Below, piece after piece: positions 17,846 to 27,017 of a stretch of 64,000 nucleotides of DNA. Position numbers and translations under genes: made by a program. The notes below the pieces were generated by a model. The model was not told the DNA's origin. It did not search any database and was given only the letters and a program-made list of their open reading frames with translations. The stretch comes from Acidimicrobiales bacterium (GTDB taxonomy: Bacteria; Actinomycetota; Acidimicrobiia; Acidimicrobiales; SZUA-35): contig JAHDCC010000002.1 of assembly GCA_020630065.1 (NCBI GenBank), forward strand, positions 204,092 to 268,091, given 5' to 3'. Numbering within the stretch: the stretch's first letter is position 1; each line of letters begins with the position of its first letter.

Positions 17846-18429
17846 AGGGTTGTTGGGTTGACGCCTATGTCCCACAGGTGATGTATCGGGTCATGAATTT
17901 CGTAGCGGGCGAATGTGGCGACGGTAAATCGGGCTCCATCTGAACGTTGCCCCGTACGTTGTTGTTGGTGGGGTTGTACAGACGCGAAGCGCTTGCTGAG
18001 AGCAATGCCGGCATCGAGCACTTCTTGGGCTACCACGGCCGGGTCCGCTAGGTCGTATCGTAGTTCGGTCGCCGTTATGTTCGGGTTCCAGTCTTCAAAC
18101 TCCGGGTGGTTTTGACGTAGTAGGAGGTCGAGTCTGTGGGTGAATAGTTTGAACACGTCACGAACGTGGCAGCCATATTCGAGTGGGCTCCATACGTCGG
18201 ATTGTGGCCGTTGGTTTACCTCAGGGTGGGTGTTGAGTAGCTCAAACCAGGTTTCAGCGCATCGCCGGTTTAATCTCGCCACTTCGGCTGTCGAGACTGT
18301 GCTGGCGTCCAGTCCACAATCGCGACATGGCCTTTCTAAAACCCAGGTCCAGTCTTTGTCGTCAGGTTGGGCTGCGGGCGGCAAAGAAGGTGGGGATGAC
18401 CTTTCTTCACTATCGATTCTGTCGGTCAT
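17824..18429 (-). CDS. DinB-like / mycothiol-dependent maleylpyruvate-isomerase N-terminal-domain family protein
   Basis: 201 aa. Helical-bundle pattern with conserved His positions (WSPLEYGCHVRD ... IHDPIHHLWD), as in the DinB_2 family. Confidence 0.6.
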   Translation of the reverse strand: MTDRIDSEERSSPPSLPPAAQPDDKDWTWVLERPCRDCGLDASTVSTAEVARLNRRCAETWFELLNTHPEVNQRPQSDVWSPLEYGCHVRDVFKLFTHRLDLLLRQNHPEFEDWNPNITATELRYDLADPAVVAQEVLDAGIALSKRFASVQPHQQQRTGQRSDGARFTVATFARYEIHDPIHHLWDIGVNPTTLYSPTNS

Positions 18430-18480
18430 GGAACCATCTAACCATCGCCAACTCGTACACTATGATGGTATAAATGCATA

Positions 18481-19471
18481 ATGTCGAAAGGATCCTACCT
18501 ACAGCCGCATGCCGTCGGTGTACTGGTTTCGGAACACACGAACCCGTTTGAGATGGGGGTGGCAACCGAAATATTCGGTCTCGATCGGCCAGAGCTACCA
18601 GGGCGCCCCTACCACCTAGAAACCTGTGGTCGGGGGCCGGTCGAAATGAGGCAAGGTTTCTTCACGCTGACGCCTTCGGCCCCACTCGCAGCCCTCGCCA
18701 CGATGGATACGGTGATTGTGCCTTGTCATCCAACCCCTGACCGTCCAAGTCCACCTGAGATCCTGGAACTTCTGCAATCAGCTGCCTCCAACGGCGCTCG
18801 GATTGTCTCATTCTGCAGTGGGTCGTTGGTGCTAGCCGAAGCTGGTTTGTTAGACGGAAAGCGAGCTACGACCCATTGGCAATACGTTGAGCGTTTGACG
18901 AGGCGTTTCCCCCGGGTAAATGTCAAACCAGATGTTCTGTATGTAGACGATGACCCGGTCTTCACCGCAGCAGGTAGTGCGGCTTCGCTCGATTTAGCGC
19001 TTCACCTGGTACGGCTTGACCACGGCGAAGATGCGGTCAATATCGTCGCTCGTCGGTTGGTGTTCGCCGCTCACCGGCATGGGGACCAGCGGCAGTTCGT
19101 TGACCCTCCAACCTTGGCGTCCGGCAGTACGCCATCGGTTGCCGCGCTAGAAGAATTTGTCCTAGAACACCTGCATGAGGCGTTACCGGTTTCTCTCCTA
19201 GCTGAGCGGGCAGCCATGTCAACCACGAGCTTCCATCGTTGGTTCAAAAACCAGACTCAGCAAACGCCCACAACAGTGGGTGATCGCTCGGCGTACGGCG
19301 GCGGCACGGGCGCTTCTCGAATCGTCGGATGACACGGTAGAAACAGTAGCTCAGCGGTGTGGCTTTGGCACCTCCGCCAATCTGAGGCAACACTTTAGAC
19401 GAGCGGTTGGGGTTACCCCAACCGCCTATCGGGCATCTTTTCGGACCAAGATGACAAACGCTCGGTCGTAG
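18481..19471 (+). pseudogene. GlxA-type transcriptional regulator (DJ-1/PfpI-like domain plus AraC HTH) interrupted by a single-nucleotide frameshift
   Basis: Frame 1 (18481..19332) encodes the DJ-1-like domain and the first AraC helix (SFHRWFKNQTQQTP). The expected continuation QWVIARRTAAARALLESSDDTVETVAQRCGFGTSANLRQHFRRAVGVTPTAYR lies in the +1 frame (19274 onward). The frame switch maps to about 19270..19276 (acaACAg). Confidence 0.75.
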
Positions 19472-19495
19472 ATAGACCTACGTTCCATGTTGTCG

Positions 19496-21196
19496 CTACC
19501 GGTCGCACAGTCGTTCGAGTTCATTGTCGGACTGGGACTGGCCGTAATTCCAATCGAGAATTCCTGAACCTTCCGGTTCGGTCCATCGCAGACAGAGCCG
19601 ATCTTTAACATCCGAGCGGAGGGGTTCACTAAGCTGGTCGAGATTGGTGGCCGTAGTTGCGTCACCGTCTCCAGTCTGTTTCTCCATGTGGAAAAGGATG
19701 GAGACTTCGTCCCGGTCGATATTGTGTTGGGCGATGATACGTTCGGGGTTGGCCAAGTTGAGGCCAGCTAACGTCGCGAACCCAAGCACAACTAGTACCG
19801 GGGTAAGCCATTTTTTGGTAGGAGCCAGACCCATTACTCGAACACCGGTAGCGATGAAGGCAGCTCCGACGAGAAGCGAGAAAACTAGGCTGTAGAACCG
19901 CAGCGGGGTCAGTCCGTCATCGGTAACGTACCGTTGTAGCCGTTCATAAGCCACCAGCACGATAAACAATGTTTGCCCTACCGCAATGGCTGAAAGGTAG
20001 CGAAGGGTTGTCGCTCCTTTGTACTGGGTGCGGGTTACCGAATGAAGTGTCGTGATCGTTCCCAGCGTTAAGGTCGCAACGACCAGCAGTTGAAAGAAAC
20101 CTTGACGGGCGTACTGCTTGTAACGAAGCCCGATTTCTGCGAGTGCTTCGTCGCCTGTTTCGGAGAAGGCGAGAAACTGCGAAAAGGTGAACAGCGCAAA
20201 CAGCGAGACCAGTCCACCCAAAATAACTGATGCCTCTACCCACCCGAAGGTCGGGACGTGGGTTTCGGGATGGGGGAGTTTCCGGGACGCTATACGAAGC
20301 AGCAGGGCCATGACAATCGCCCCGATAGCCAGTAAGAACGGGTGGACAAAGAAATTGCCTGGATTAGGCAAATCGAACGTGAAGAAGGAGGCGAATATTG
20401 GATCAGCCGACGCCAGTAACGATCCGAGGATCAGCAGTAATGGCACTGTGATGGCGGCCCCCACAGCTACTGAGCGGATCTGGTCACGGTTCTTGGTGTC
20501 ACGGTTGCGTGAGGCTGCTCGTACACGAATTTCGTCGACTAGTTCTTCGATTCCTGCGAATACTCTCACTATTGGTTCAAGAGAGTCGTTTAGTAACGCT
20601 GTTGGGCCAAAATCCCAGAAATCGTGGCCATGGACATCTCTTGTCCTGCGTCCATATGCGGCGGCTAAGAAAAGTAGAGCTGCTGATGCGAACAGGTTTA
20701 GGGCGATTAGCAGAGGGTCTGTTCGTAACGACAGAAACAAGCCGAACGTCATTGCGCCTACGGTCAACAAACGTGAGGTTCGTGTCTGCATCCAGCCTGA
20801 AAGCAGAAGTCCGATGCCGGTTGCTGCGACCAGAACCGTTCCACCGATATTGTTCCATGGCGGGTTCCGCAAGGTAATGTCGGCCAGGACCCCGATGGCA
20901 AGGACCGCAACGATCCAGTTTCGGTGGAAGGTTGTAGGCCGACGAAGTCTTGAGGGATCATGCGATCTTTGGTGTTGTGTCCAATCTTGTGCGAGAGGTG
21001 ACGCCGGGTATCCCGCAGATCGCTGAGTTGGGTTTATCGGGTCTGTAGGGTCGTGACGAGTTTGGTCTAGGGTTTCATCGTCGTCGGTTAGGTCCAGCTG
21101 TTCAGCATCGTTTTTGGGGCGGTCCGGGCTGCTTTGCATCATTCTCACCTCAAGAGTTAGTGTCCACACAAACCGGTGTTTCGAATCTGTCTGCAT
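19496..21196 (-). CDS. Polytopic membrane protein of unknown function (DUF4153/DUF4173-like)
   Basis: 566 aa. Hydrophilic N-terminus, then at least 10 hydrophobic segments and a soluble C-terminal domain. The start is uncertain (alternative MMQSSP at about 21142). Confidence 0.6.
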   Translation of the reverse strand: MQTDSKHRFVWTLTLEVRMMQSSPDRPKNDAEQLDLTDDDETLDQTRHDPTDPINPTQRSAGYPASPLAQDWTQHQRSHDPSRLRRPTTFHRNWIVAVLAIGVLADITLRNPPWNNIGGTVLVAATGIGLLLSGWMQTRTSRLLTVGAMTFGLFLSLRTDPLLIALNLFASAALLFLAAAYGRRTRDVHGHDFWDFGPTALLNDSLEPIVRVFAGIEELVDEIRVRAASRNRDTKNRDQIRSVAVGAAITVPLLLILGSLLASADPIFASFFTFDLPNPGNFFVHPFLLAIGAIVMALLLRIASRKLPHPETHVPTFGWVEASVILGGLVSLFALFTFSQFLAFSETGDEALAEIGLRYKQYARQGFFQLLVVATLTLGTITTLHSVTRTQYKGATTLRYLSAIAVGQTLFIVLVAYERLQRYVTDDGLTPLRFYSLVFSLLVGAAFIATGVRVMGLAPTKKWLTPVLVVLGFATLAGLNLANPERIIAQHNIDRDEVSILFHMEKQTGDGDATTATNLDQLSEPLRSDVKDRLCLRWTEPEGSGILDWNYGQSQSDNELERLCDR

Positions 21197-21269
21197 TCGA
21201 AGTCTCTAACCATCTGCTATGTAGTGTTGCATACTTGAGACGAGATTGTGACGAACGGGGAACATCGAC

Positions 21270-21878
21270 CTAGTGGTCATGCGTGGTTGGATGCCACGCG
21301 TACTCAAGCTGGTTGGCGGTAGCGGTCGCAAGATCGAGGCCTGCTAGGCGGCTCACCAGGTGGAGTGCCATAGCGATGCCTGAACTCAAACCACCGGCGG
21401 TCACAACCCGTCCAGTGTCGACCCAGCGAACTAGCTTGTGGCCATCACTTGAGTTGATTCGCTTACCTAGATCGTCGACGTCTTCGAAATGGGTAGTCCA
21501 GGCCAGGTTGTTCAGGAAGCCGAGGTCGCCTAGTAGGAATGCCCCGGTGCACACTGATGAAACTATTGTCGGGGTGCGGCACAAGGTTTCGACTGCGTGC
21601 TGAATGTCTTGTCGGCTGGCAACGTCGTCGATATTGATCGCTCCCGGAATAACAACAACGTCGAATCCGTGGTCGTCCGACAGTGCTTGGTGTGGGGTTA
21701 GTCCCATTCCTCCGAAACTCGAAACGGTTTGACCGTTCGTCGAAACAGTCGTTACTTCAAAGATTTTGCCGCCTCCTTCTCGTTGGGAAAGTCGGTCTGC
21801 GGTGAGGAAGACTTCGTATGGCCCGCCAACGTCGAGCAGGTCACAGTCGTCGAAGATAAAGATGCCTATTCGTTTCAT
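21270..21878 (-). CDS. DJ-1/PfpI family protein (class I glutamine-amidotransferase-like fold)
   Basis: 202 aa with the nucleophile-elbow context SSVCTGAFLLG. There is a 4-nt overlap with the upstream gene. Confidence 0.85.
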   Translation of the reverse strand: MKRIGIFIFDDCDLLDVGGPYEVFLTADRLSQREGGGKIFEVTTVSTNGQTVSSFGGMGLTPHQALSDDHGFDVVVIPGAINIDDVASRQDIQHAVETLCRTPTIVSSVCTGAFLLGDLGFLNNLAWTTHFEDVDDLGKRINSSDGHKLVRWVDTGRVVTAGGLSSGIAMALHLVSRLAGLDLATATANQLEYAWHPTTHDH

Positions 21879-22558
21879 GGTGTGGGCCTTTCGTAGTTAG
21901 AGGCGTAGTCAGGTAGGAGATGGGAGTTCGAATGATTACTTGTCTTGGGGTGGCCGTATCGGGTTGTGATGGGAATAACGCCAGTCCAAGTTTCGGATGT
22001 TTCTTCGTTCGGGTCATGTGAGGGTGGTCCGGTGCGTACCTTTGCTGATGCTTCGGAGATGGGAAGGGAGAGCACGGTCGTGGCCCGAATCTCTTTCTCG
22101 GTGTTGGGTCGCATGTCGGCCATCCGGCCGGGTATGAGTCCGTCCACGAAGTAGTTGAGGGCGGCGTCGGCTTCTTGTAGGTCTGTTACTTTTTTGGGCG
22201 TGCCGAAGATGACTACTGAACGATAGTTGAGCGAGTGGTGGAATGCTGTTTGGGCGAGTACCAGTCCGTCGACGATGGTGATCGTTACACAAATCTGTGA
22301 TGCTTGTGCTGAACGTAGCAGGCGGCTGGCGGCTGAACCGTGCAGTAGTAGCTCGTCGCCTCGTCTGACATGCAGGGTTGGGATGACAACCGCACTGCCG
22401 TCGTTAGCCGTGATGCCGACGTGGCTTACGATCGCTTCGTCCAGGATTGAGTTTATGAGTGCACGGTCAAAGTGTCCTCGTTCAGGGTGTCGTTTCAACG
22501 TGGTCTGGTTGCTTGGTTGAATTTCGCTGGGGGTATGTTCGTTCACGCCAACGCCCAC
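21875..22558 (-). CDS. Pyridoxamine 5'-phosphate oxidase-like FMN-binding protein (Pyridox_ox_2-like)
   Basis: 227 aa. KRHPERGHFDRALINSILDEAIVSHVG...VIPTLHVRRGDELLLHGS pattern matches the family. GTG start; the exact start is uncertain. Confidence 0.7.
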   Translation of the reverse strand: MGVGVNEHTPSEIQPSNQTTLKRHPERGHFDRALINSILDEAIVSHVGITANDGSAVVIPTLHVRRGDELLLHGSAASRLLRSAQASQICVTITIVDGLVLAQTAFHHSLNYRSVVIFGTPKKVTDLQEADAALNYFVDGLIPGRMADMRPNTEKEIRATTVLSLPISEASAKVRTGPPSHDPNEETSETWTGVIPITTRYGHPKTSNHSNSHLLPDYASNYERPTP

Positions 22559-22564
22559 TTTCTA

Positions 22565-22598
22565 TTTGTATTGATACAATAAGTATTTTGTATTGATA
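22565..22598. promoter_or_regulatory. Direct repeat TTTGTATTGATA x2, starts 22 bp apart; candidate MocR-type operator
   Basis: Read directly (22565..22576 and 22587..22598) in the divergent intergenic region between the PNPOx-like gene and the MocR-type regulator gene. Confidence 0.55.
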
Positions 22599-22626
22599 GT
22601 TTCGACTGTAAGGGGAGTTGTGATGT

Positions 22627-23985
22627 TTGGCAAACGAGTATTCGAAGGCGTTGGTATTCCGCCAGGTTCAAGCAAGCCAACCCGTCATGTCTAAAGCTTC
22701 TGAGCTAGCAAAAGAAATCGAACAACAAATCCGTGTTGGCGATCTAACAGCCGGCGACCGTCTGCCAGCGGTTCGTGAACTGGCCGAGTCGCGGAATCTC
22801 GCTCCGAATACAGTCGCTTCGGTGTACCGGACCCTGGCCGACCGGGGGTTAGTCCGTGGCGCTGGGCGGAAAGGTACGTTCGTGGCGGGCGCACCGCCCA
22901 TACGTCGTCCAGTAAGCGACCACGTTTCAGCAGGCCTGCAAGATTTGGCAACAGGAAACCCCGACAGCAGGCTTTTACCCGACCTGACGGCGTCACTTTC
23001 GATGGTCGGATCGCACAGCGCGATGTATGGGGCCCCACAGATTCTGCCCGAGCTGTCTGACTGGTTTGTTCAATGGTTCGAAAACGACGAAATACCGATT
23101 GGGGGAATCGGCCTTGCTAGTGGATCGCTGGACGGCATCGAACGGATTTTGGCTGCGAGGACCCGACCTGGAGACAAGGTTGGAGTTGAGGACCCCGGCT
23201 ATGCGTCAATATTCGATTTACTGCGAGCAGCCCGTCTGCAGCCAGTGCCGCTCCAGATCGACTCCGAAGGGATAACCCCGGAGTCGCTGCTAGACGCGAC
23301 GTCTGTCGGTCTCGATGCCCTTATCGTCACTCCTCGTGCCCATAACCCAACCGGCGCCGCGTTTACAAAACAACGAGCAGAAGAGCTAACAGCAATTGTC
23401 GAGCGCCATCCATCGATGCTGGTGATCGAAGATGATCATGCCGCTCACGTCGCTGGGGTTGACTATTTTTCGGTGGTCTCCGAAGCGACTGCCCGCTGGG
23501 CGGTAGTCCGGTCGGCGGCGAAATCCCTAGGCCCCGACCTTAGAGTAGCCGGGCTCGTCGGCGACGTTACGACGATCGACCGAGTTATGGGTCGTCAAGC
23601 GTTAGGGGCAGGCTGGGTCAGTCACATTCTCCAACGGGTCGTGGTCGGGCTGGTATCAGCTCCCGAAATCGATTCGATGTTTTCAGACGTCGCCGATCAA
23701 TATCAGACCCGTCGACAGGCGTTAACGGCATCTCTTTCAGAGTTCGGTATCGAGGCTACGGGGCGATCCGGGCTCAATGTTTGGGTTCCCGTGGATGACG
23801 AAGCCACGGTGGTGGCTGGAATGCAGCGCCACGGATATGCGATTCGAGCCGGAGCCCGATATCGCATCGTGTCAGAACCCGGTGTTCGAATAACTACCGC
23901 TTCGTCGCACCCCGAAACCTTGACGGCGGTAGCCGAAACCCTAGCCGGTGTCCTATCTGCGGGTGGCCAGACCCGGTCGGGTTAA
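22627..23985 (+). CDS. MocR/PdxR-type regulator (GntR HTH fused to a fold-type I aminotransferase-like domain)
   Basis: N-terminal GntR HTH (GDRLPAVRELAESRNLAPNTVASVYRTLADRGLV). C-terminal aminotransferase-like domain with a PLP-lysine context (SAAKSLGPDLRVAG). TTG at 22627 is preceded by SD aggggag; an alternative ATG is at 22687. Confidence 0.85.
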   Translation: MANEYSKALVFRQVQASQPVMSKASELAKEIEQQIRVGDLTAGDRLPAVRELAESRNLAPNTVASVYRTLADRGLVRGAGRKGTFVAGAPPIRRPVSDHVSAGLQDLATGNPDSRLLPDLTASLSMVGSHSAMYGAPQILPELSDWFVQWFENDEIPIGGIGLASGSLDGIERILAARTRPGDKVGVEDPGYASIFDLLRAARLQPVPLQIDSEGITPESLLDATSVGLDALIVTPRAHNPTGAAFTKQRAEELTAIVERHPSMLVIEDDHAAHVAGVDYFSVVSEATARWAVVRSAAKSLGPDLRVAGLVGDVTTIDRVMGRQALGAGWVSHILQRVVVGLVSAPEIDSMFSDVADQYQTRRQALTASLSEFGIEATGRSGLNVWVPVDDEATVVAGMQRHGYAIRAGARYRIVSEPGVRITTASSHPETLTAVAETLAGVLSAGGQTRSG

Positions 23986-24093
23986 CGCACAAGACAACGG
24001 CGGCAGGTTTGTCACTGATAGCCGTTCTGGATTGGCCAGCCATGAACGGTACCCTGTTGAAGGTTGTGATTTAGAGGTACTGCGGAGGCAAGT

Positions 24094-25227
24094 GTGTTCG
24101 GTAAACCAATTCGGTGGAAAGCGGCGACATTGGTCGTGACGAGTTTGTTGGCGGCCGCATGTTCGTCCAGTGGGGTCTCAGTCGAATCCGTCGACGCAGA
24201 AACCAGTAGCCCTCAACAGCCGGCGGCGACAGAAACTACAAGTTTGCCCCCTCAACCAGCGTTGGTATACGTCAGCGTAGGAAAGGACCAGAAAGTCGTT
24301 GTGCTGGAACTCGCCGTAGACGGTACATTAACCGCACGCGATGACCTGTCGCTGAGCCTCCCGGGGGCCGCTGGGGCCATGACTTACTCCGAAAGCGCTT
24401 CTAGGCTCTACGTCGGTACCGGTAACGCTATCTCGACCGTTTCGCTCGACGACTCAGGAGCGCCGAGTCTGCTTGGTACAACACCGGTGGATGGCGAACC
24501 CGTCTACCTTGACCTGGCGACCCAAGACCGATTGTTGGCGGTTGCCTTTTTCGGTGAGGACGAAGTGCGAACGTATGCGGTCGGTGACGATCCAGACGCA
24601 TACCCGCAGGCTCAAGTAGACGCCTGGGATATTGAACCCCACGCAATTGTGGTCAACGACGATGGTACCCGAGCCTATGTTCCTCACCGGAATGCCGATT
24701 CGGTCGGAATCTACAGCATCGATGAAACAGGTGCCTTGACGCAGCAAAGCAGCGTGGTCGATCTTGGCCCAGGTCCCCGACATCTTACTCTTAGCCCCGA
24801 CGGTCGGTTTGTGTTCGTGGTCAACGAACAGGGTGACTCGGTAACCAGTTTTGTCGTGCAACCCGACGGCAACTTGACCGTCAACAATACGGTGTCCACG
24901 ATTCCCGAGGGTTTCGACCCAGAAGGTAACACCGGAGCAGACATTCATATCACGCCCGATGGGCGATACATCTACGCCTCAAACCGAGGCCACGACTCCA
25001 TTGCTATGTTTAGTGTCGGCCAGGATGGCAGCATCACATCGCTGGGAACTATCGAGACCCAAACAAGGCCTCGTGACTTTGGTATGAGTCCTGACGGGAA
25101 GTTCCTTGTCGTTGCCGGGCAAGATTCAGGCCAGGTCGAAAGCTACCAGGTTGGTGAAGACGGGATGCTGACGAGCGTTGGGTCAGTCGCCGTTGGTGAC
25201 GGTCCGGTGTGGGTCGAGATTATTTAG
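24094..25227 (+). CDS. Secreted lipoprotein, 7-bladed beta-propeller lactonase family (6-phosphogluconolactonase-like)
   Basis: Lipobox LLAAAC|SSS. Repeated blades with the GxGPRH/PRDF pattern (GPGPRHLTLSPDGRFVFVVNE; TRPRDFGMSPDGKFLVVAGQ). Confidence 0.7.
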   Translation: MFGKPIRWKAATLVVTSLLAAACSSSGVSVESVDAETSSPQQPAATETTSLPPQPALVYVSVGKDQKVVVLELAVDGTLTARDDLSLSLPGAAGAMTYSESASRLYVGTGNAISTVSLDDSGAPSLLGTTPVDGEPVYLDLATQDRLLAVAFFGEDEVRTYAVGDDPDAYPQAQVDAWDIEPHAIVVNDDGTRAYVPHRNADSVGIYSIDETGALTQQSSVVDLGPGPRHLTLSPDGRFVFVVNEQGDSVTSFVVQPDGNLTVNNTVSTIPEGFDPEGNTGADIHITPDGRYIYASNRGHDSIAMFSVGQDGSITSLGTIETQTRPRDFGMSPDGKFLVVAGQDSGQVESYQVGEDGMLTSVGSVAVGDGPVWVEII

Positions 25228-25293
25228 TCGAGTTCATGTACGAGACCGGGCCGATGCCGCAACAAAGAAAATACCTAGCTATCGTCGATACAG

Positions 25294-26082
25294 ATGCGTA
25301 ACTGGAGTTTCATGAAACGGCCGTTCTGGCTGTTTTCCCATATTTTCGCCGCTTCTGTTATAGCACTGTTTATCTTTCTGGGTTTCTGGCAACTCGATCG
25401 TTTGGGTCTTCGTAAAGCGCAGAACGAGACGATTATCGACCGGACTGACGAACCGCCTGCGATGTTGCAAGAGTTACTTGAAGAACCTATCGACGAGCTC
25501 GAATTTCGGCGCATAGCTGATACAGGTCGATTTATCGACGGTGACGTTGTGCGAATCGGAAGTCAAAGCAAAGATGGCTCTGCCGGTGACCACGTTGTTG
25601 GGCTAGTTGAACTCTCCGACGGCACGAGGCTGCTCGTCAACCGCGGGTTTGTGCCTCTAGCCGCCGTTGACCAGCTAAAACCACCGCCTGAAGAGGAGAT
25701 AACGGTTGCGGGCTGGATTCGTCTTAGTCAAACCAAAGAGGGCGTATTTGGGGCCGCCGACGGTCAGCTAACGGCTGAGCGACTTCCCAGATTTAACGTC
25801 GCGACTATCGAAGATCGGGTTGACGGTGACGTCGCCGCAGTTTACGTTCAACTCAACGCCGATGCCCTAGATCCCGAGTCCGAACTCGAAAGCGACGTCA
25901 GTTCCTTCCCGACACCGCTGGCTCTTCCACCGTTGAGCGAAGGAAGCCATCTCAGCTACGCGGTACAGTGGTTCATTTTTGCAGTATTAGGCGCCGCCTT
26001 TTATGTTGCGCTTGTCCGACGCATTGCTCGAACAAGTGCTCAGAAGGCGAACACGACCCTGAGTGAAGCTGCCGTGGGCTAG
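25294..26082 (+). CDS. SURF1-family protein (cytochrome oxidase assembly)
   Basis: N-terminal TM followed by GFWQLDRL, a C-terminal LSYAVQWFIFA block and a TM, as in the SURF1/Shy1 family. Confidence 0.75.
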   Translation: MRNWSFMKRPFWLFSHIFAASVIALFIFLGFWQLDRLGLRKAQNETIIDRTDEPPAMLQELLEEPIDELEFRRIADTGRFIDGDVVRIGSQSKDGSAGDHVVGLVELSDGTRLLVNRGFVPLAAVDQLKPPPEEEITVAGWIRLSQTKEGVFGAADGQLTAERLPRFNVATIEDRVDGDVAAVYVQLNADALDPESELESDVSSFPTPLALPPLSEGSHLSYAVQWFIFAVLGAAFYVALVRRIARTSAQKANTTLSEAAVG

Positions 26083-26126
26083 GCTGGTGATCCGAGAAAG
26101 CTCTAGATCCCCCAGGTAGGAAACTG

Positions 26127-27017
26127 ATGGCTCAATTTGGTCCCGTTCTGACAGCGATGGTTACCCCATTTACTTCCGACGGAAAGCTCGACCTCGACGC
26201 AGCGCAAACGCTGGCGACCCACCTGGTGTCGAACGGCAACAGCGGACTTGTTCTCGCCGGTACCACCGGCGAATCTCCAACCCTTACCCATGGTGAACAA
26301 ATTGACCTGATTAGGGCTGTCGCCGAAGCGGTACCCGATGCAACTATTGTTGCGGGTGCGGGCAGTAACGACACTGCCGCCGCGATCGAGTTGACGAGTA
26401 AGGCGACCGACGCCGGTGCCGACGCGATCTTGAGCGTCACCCCGTACTACAACCGGCCAGCTCAGCGTGGCCTATACAACCATTTCGCCGCCGTTGCCGG
26501 TTCCACCGACCTTCCGATCATGTTGTACGACATTCCGTTTCGAACGGGACGCAAGTTGGAAACGTCTACGATTCTTGAATTGGCGCAGATCGACAATATC
26601 ACGTCGCTTAAAGACGCTGCCGGCTCACCGGCCGAGACTTCCCACGTTATTGCCCAGGCGTCAGCCGGTTTCGAGGTTTACTCAGGGGACGACAGTTTGA
26701 CGTTGCCGCTTCTAGCCGTTGGCGCGGTCGGCGTTGTCGGGGTGGCGACCCATTGGGTGGGTTCCGAAATGGCAGCCATGATCGAAGCTTTTTCTTCCGG
26801 TGACGTCACAAAAGCGATTGAGCTGAACCAGCTAATGCTGTCGTCATACGACTTCGAGTCGTCAGACGATGCTCCAAACCCGCTTCCGACGAAAGCTCTG
26901 TTGAATTTGATGGGTGTCGAAGTTGGTCCATGTCGGCCACCTCTATCCCCAGCCCCCGAAGATCTGACATCTCGGGCCCAGACGGTTCTGAATGAAATTG
27001 AACGGAGTAGAAACTAG
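26127..27017 (+). CDS. dapA: 4-hydroxy-tetrahydrodipicolinate synthase
   Basis: 296 aa with AGTTGESPTL, TPYYNRP and an active-site Lys context (ITSLKDAAG). Confidence 0.95.
   Translation: MAQFGPVLTAMVTPFTSDGKLDLDAAQTLATHLVSNGNSGLVLAGTTGESPTLTHGEQIDLIRAVAEAVPDATIVAGAGSNDTAAAIELTSKATDAGADAILSVTPYYNRPAQRGLYNHFAAVAGSTDLPIMLYDIPFRTGRKLETSTILELAQIDNITSLKDAAGSPAETSHVIAQASAGFEVYSGDDSLTLPLLAVGAVGVVGVATHWVGSEMAAMIEAFSSGDVTKAIELNQLMLSSYDFESSDDAPNPLPTKALLNLMGVEVGPCRPPLSPAPEDLTSRAQTVLNEIERSRN

Noticed and set aside
25277-25287. Palindrome TATCG-T-CGATA upstream of the SURF1 gene, resembling the ATCGTC half-sites near nrtR
   Set aside because: The match is short (5-bp arms) and there is no functional link between SURF1 and NAD metabolism. 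It is likely coincidental.
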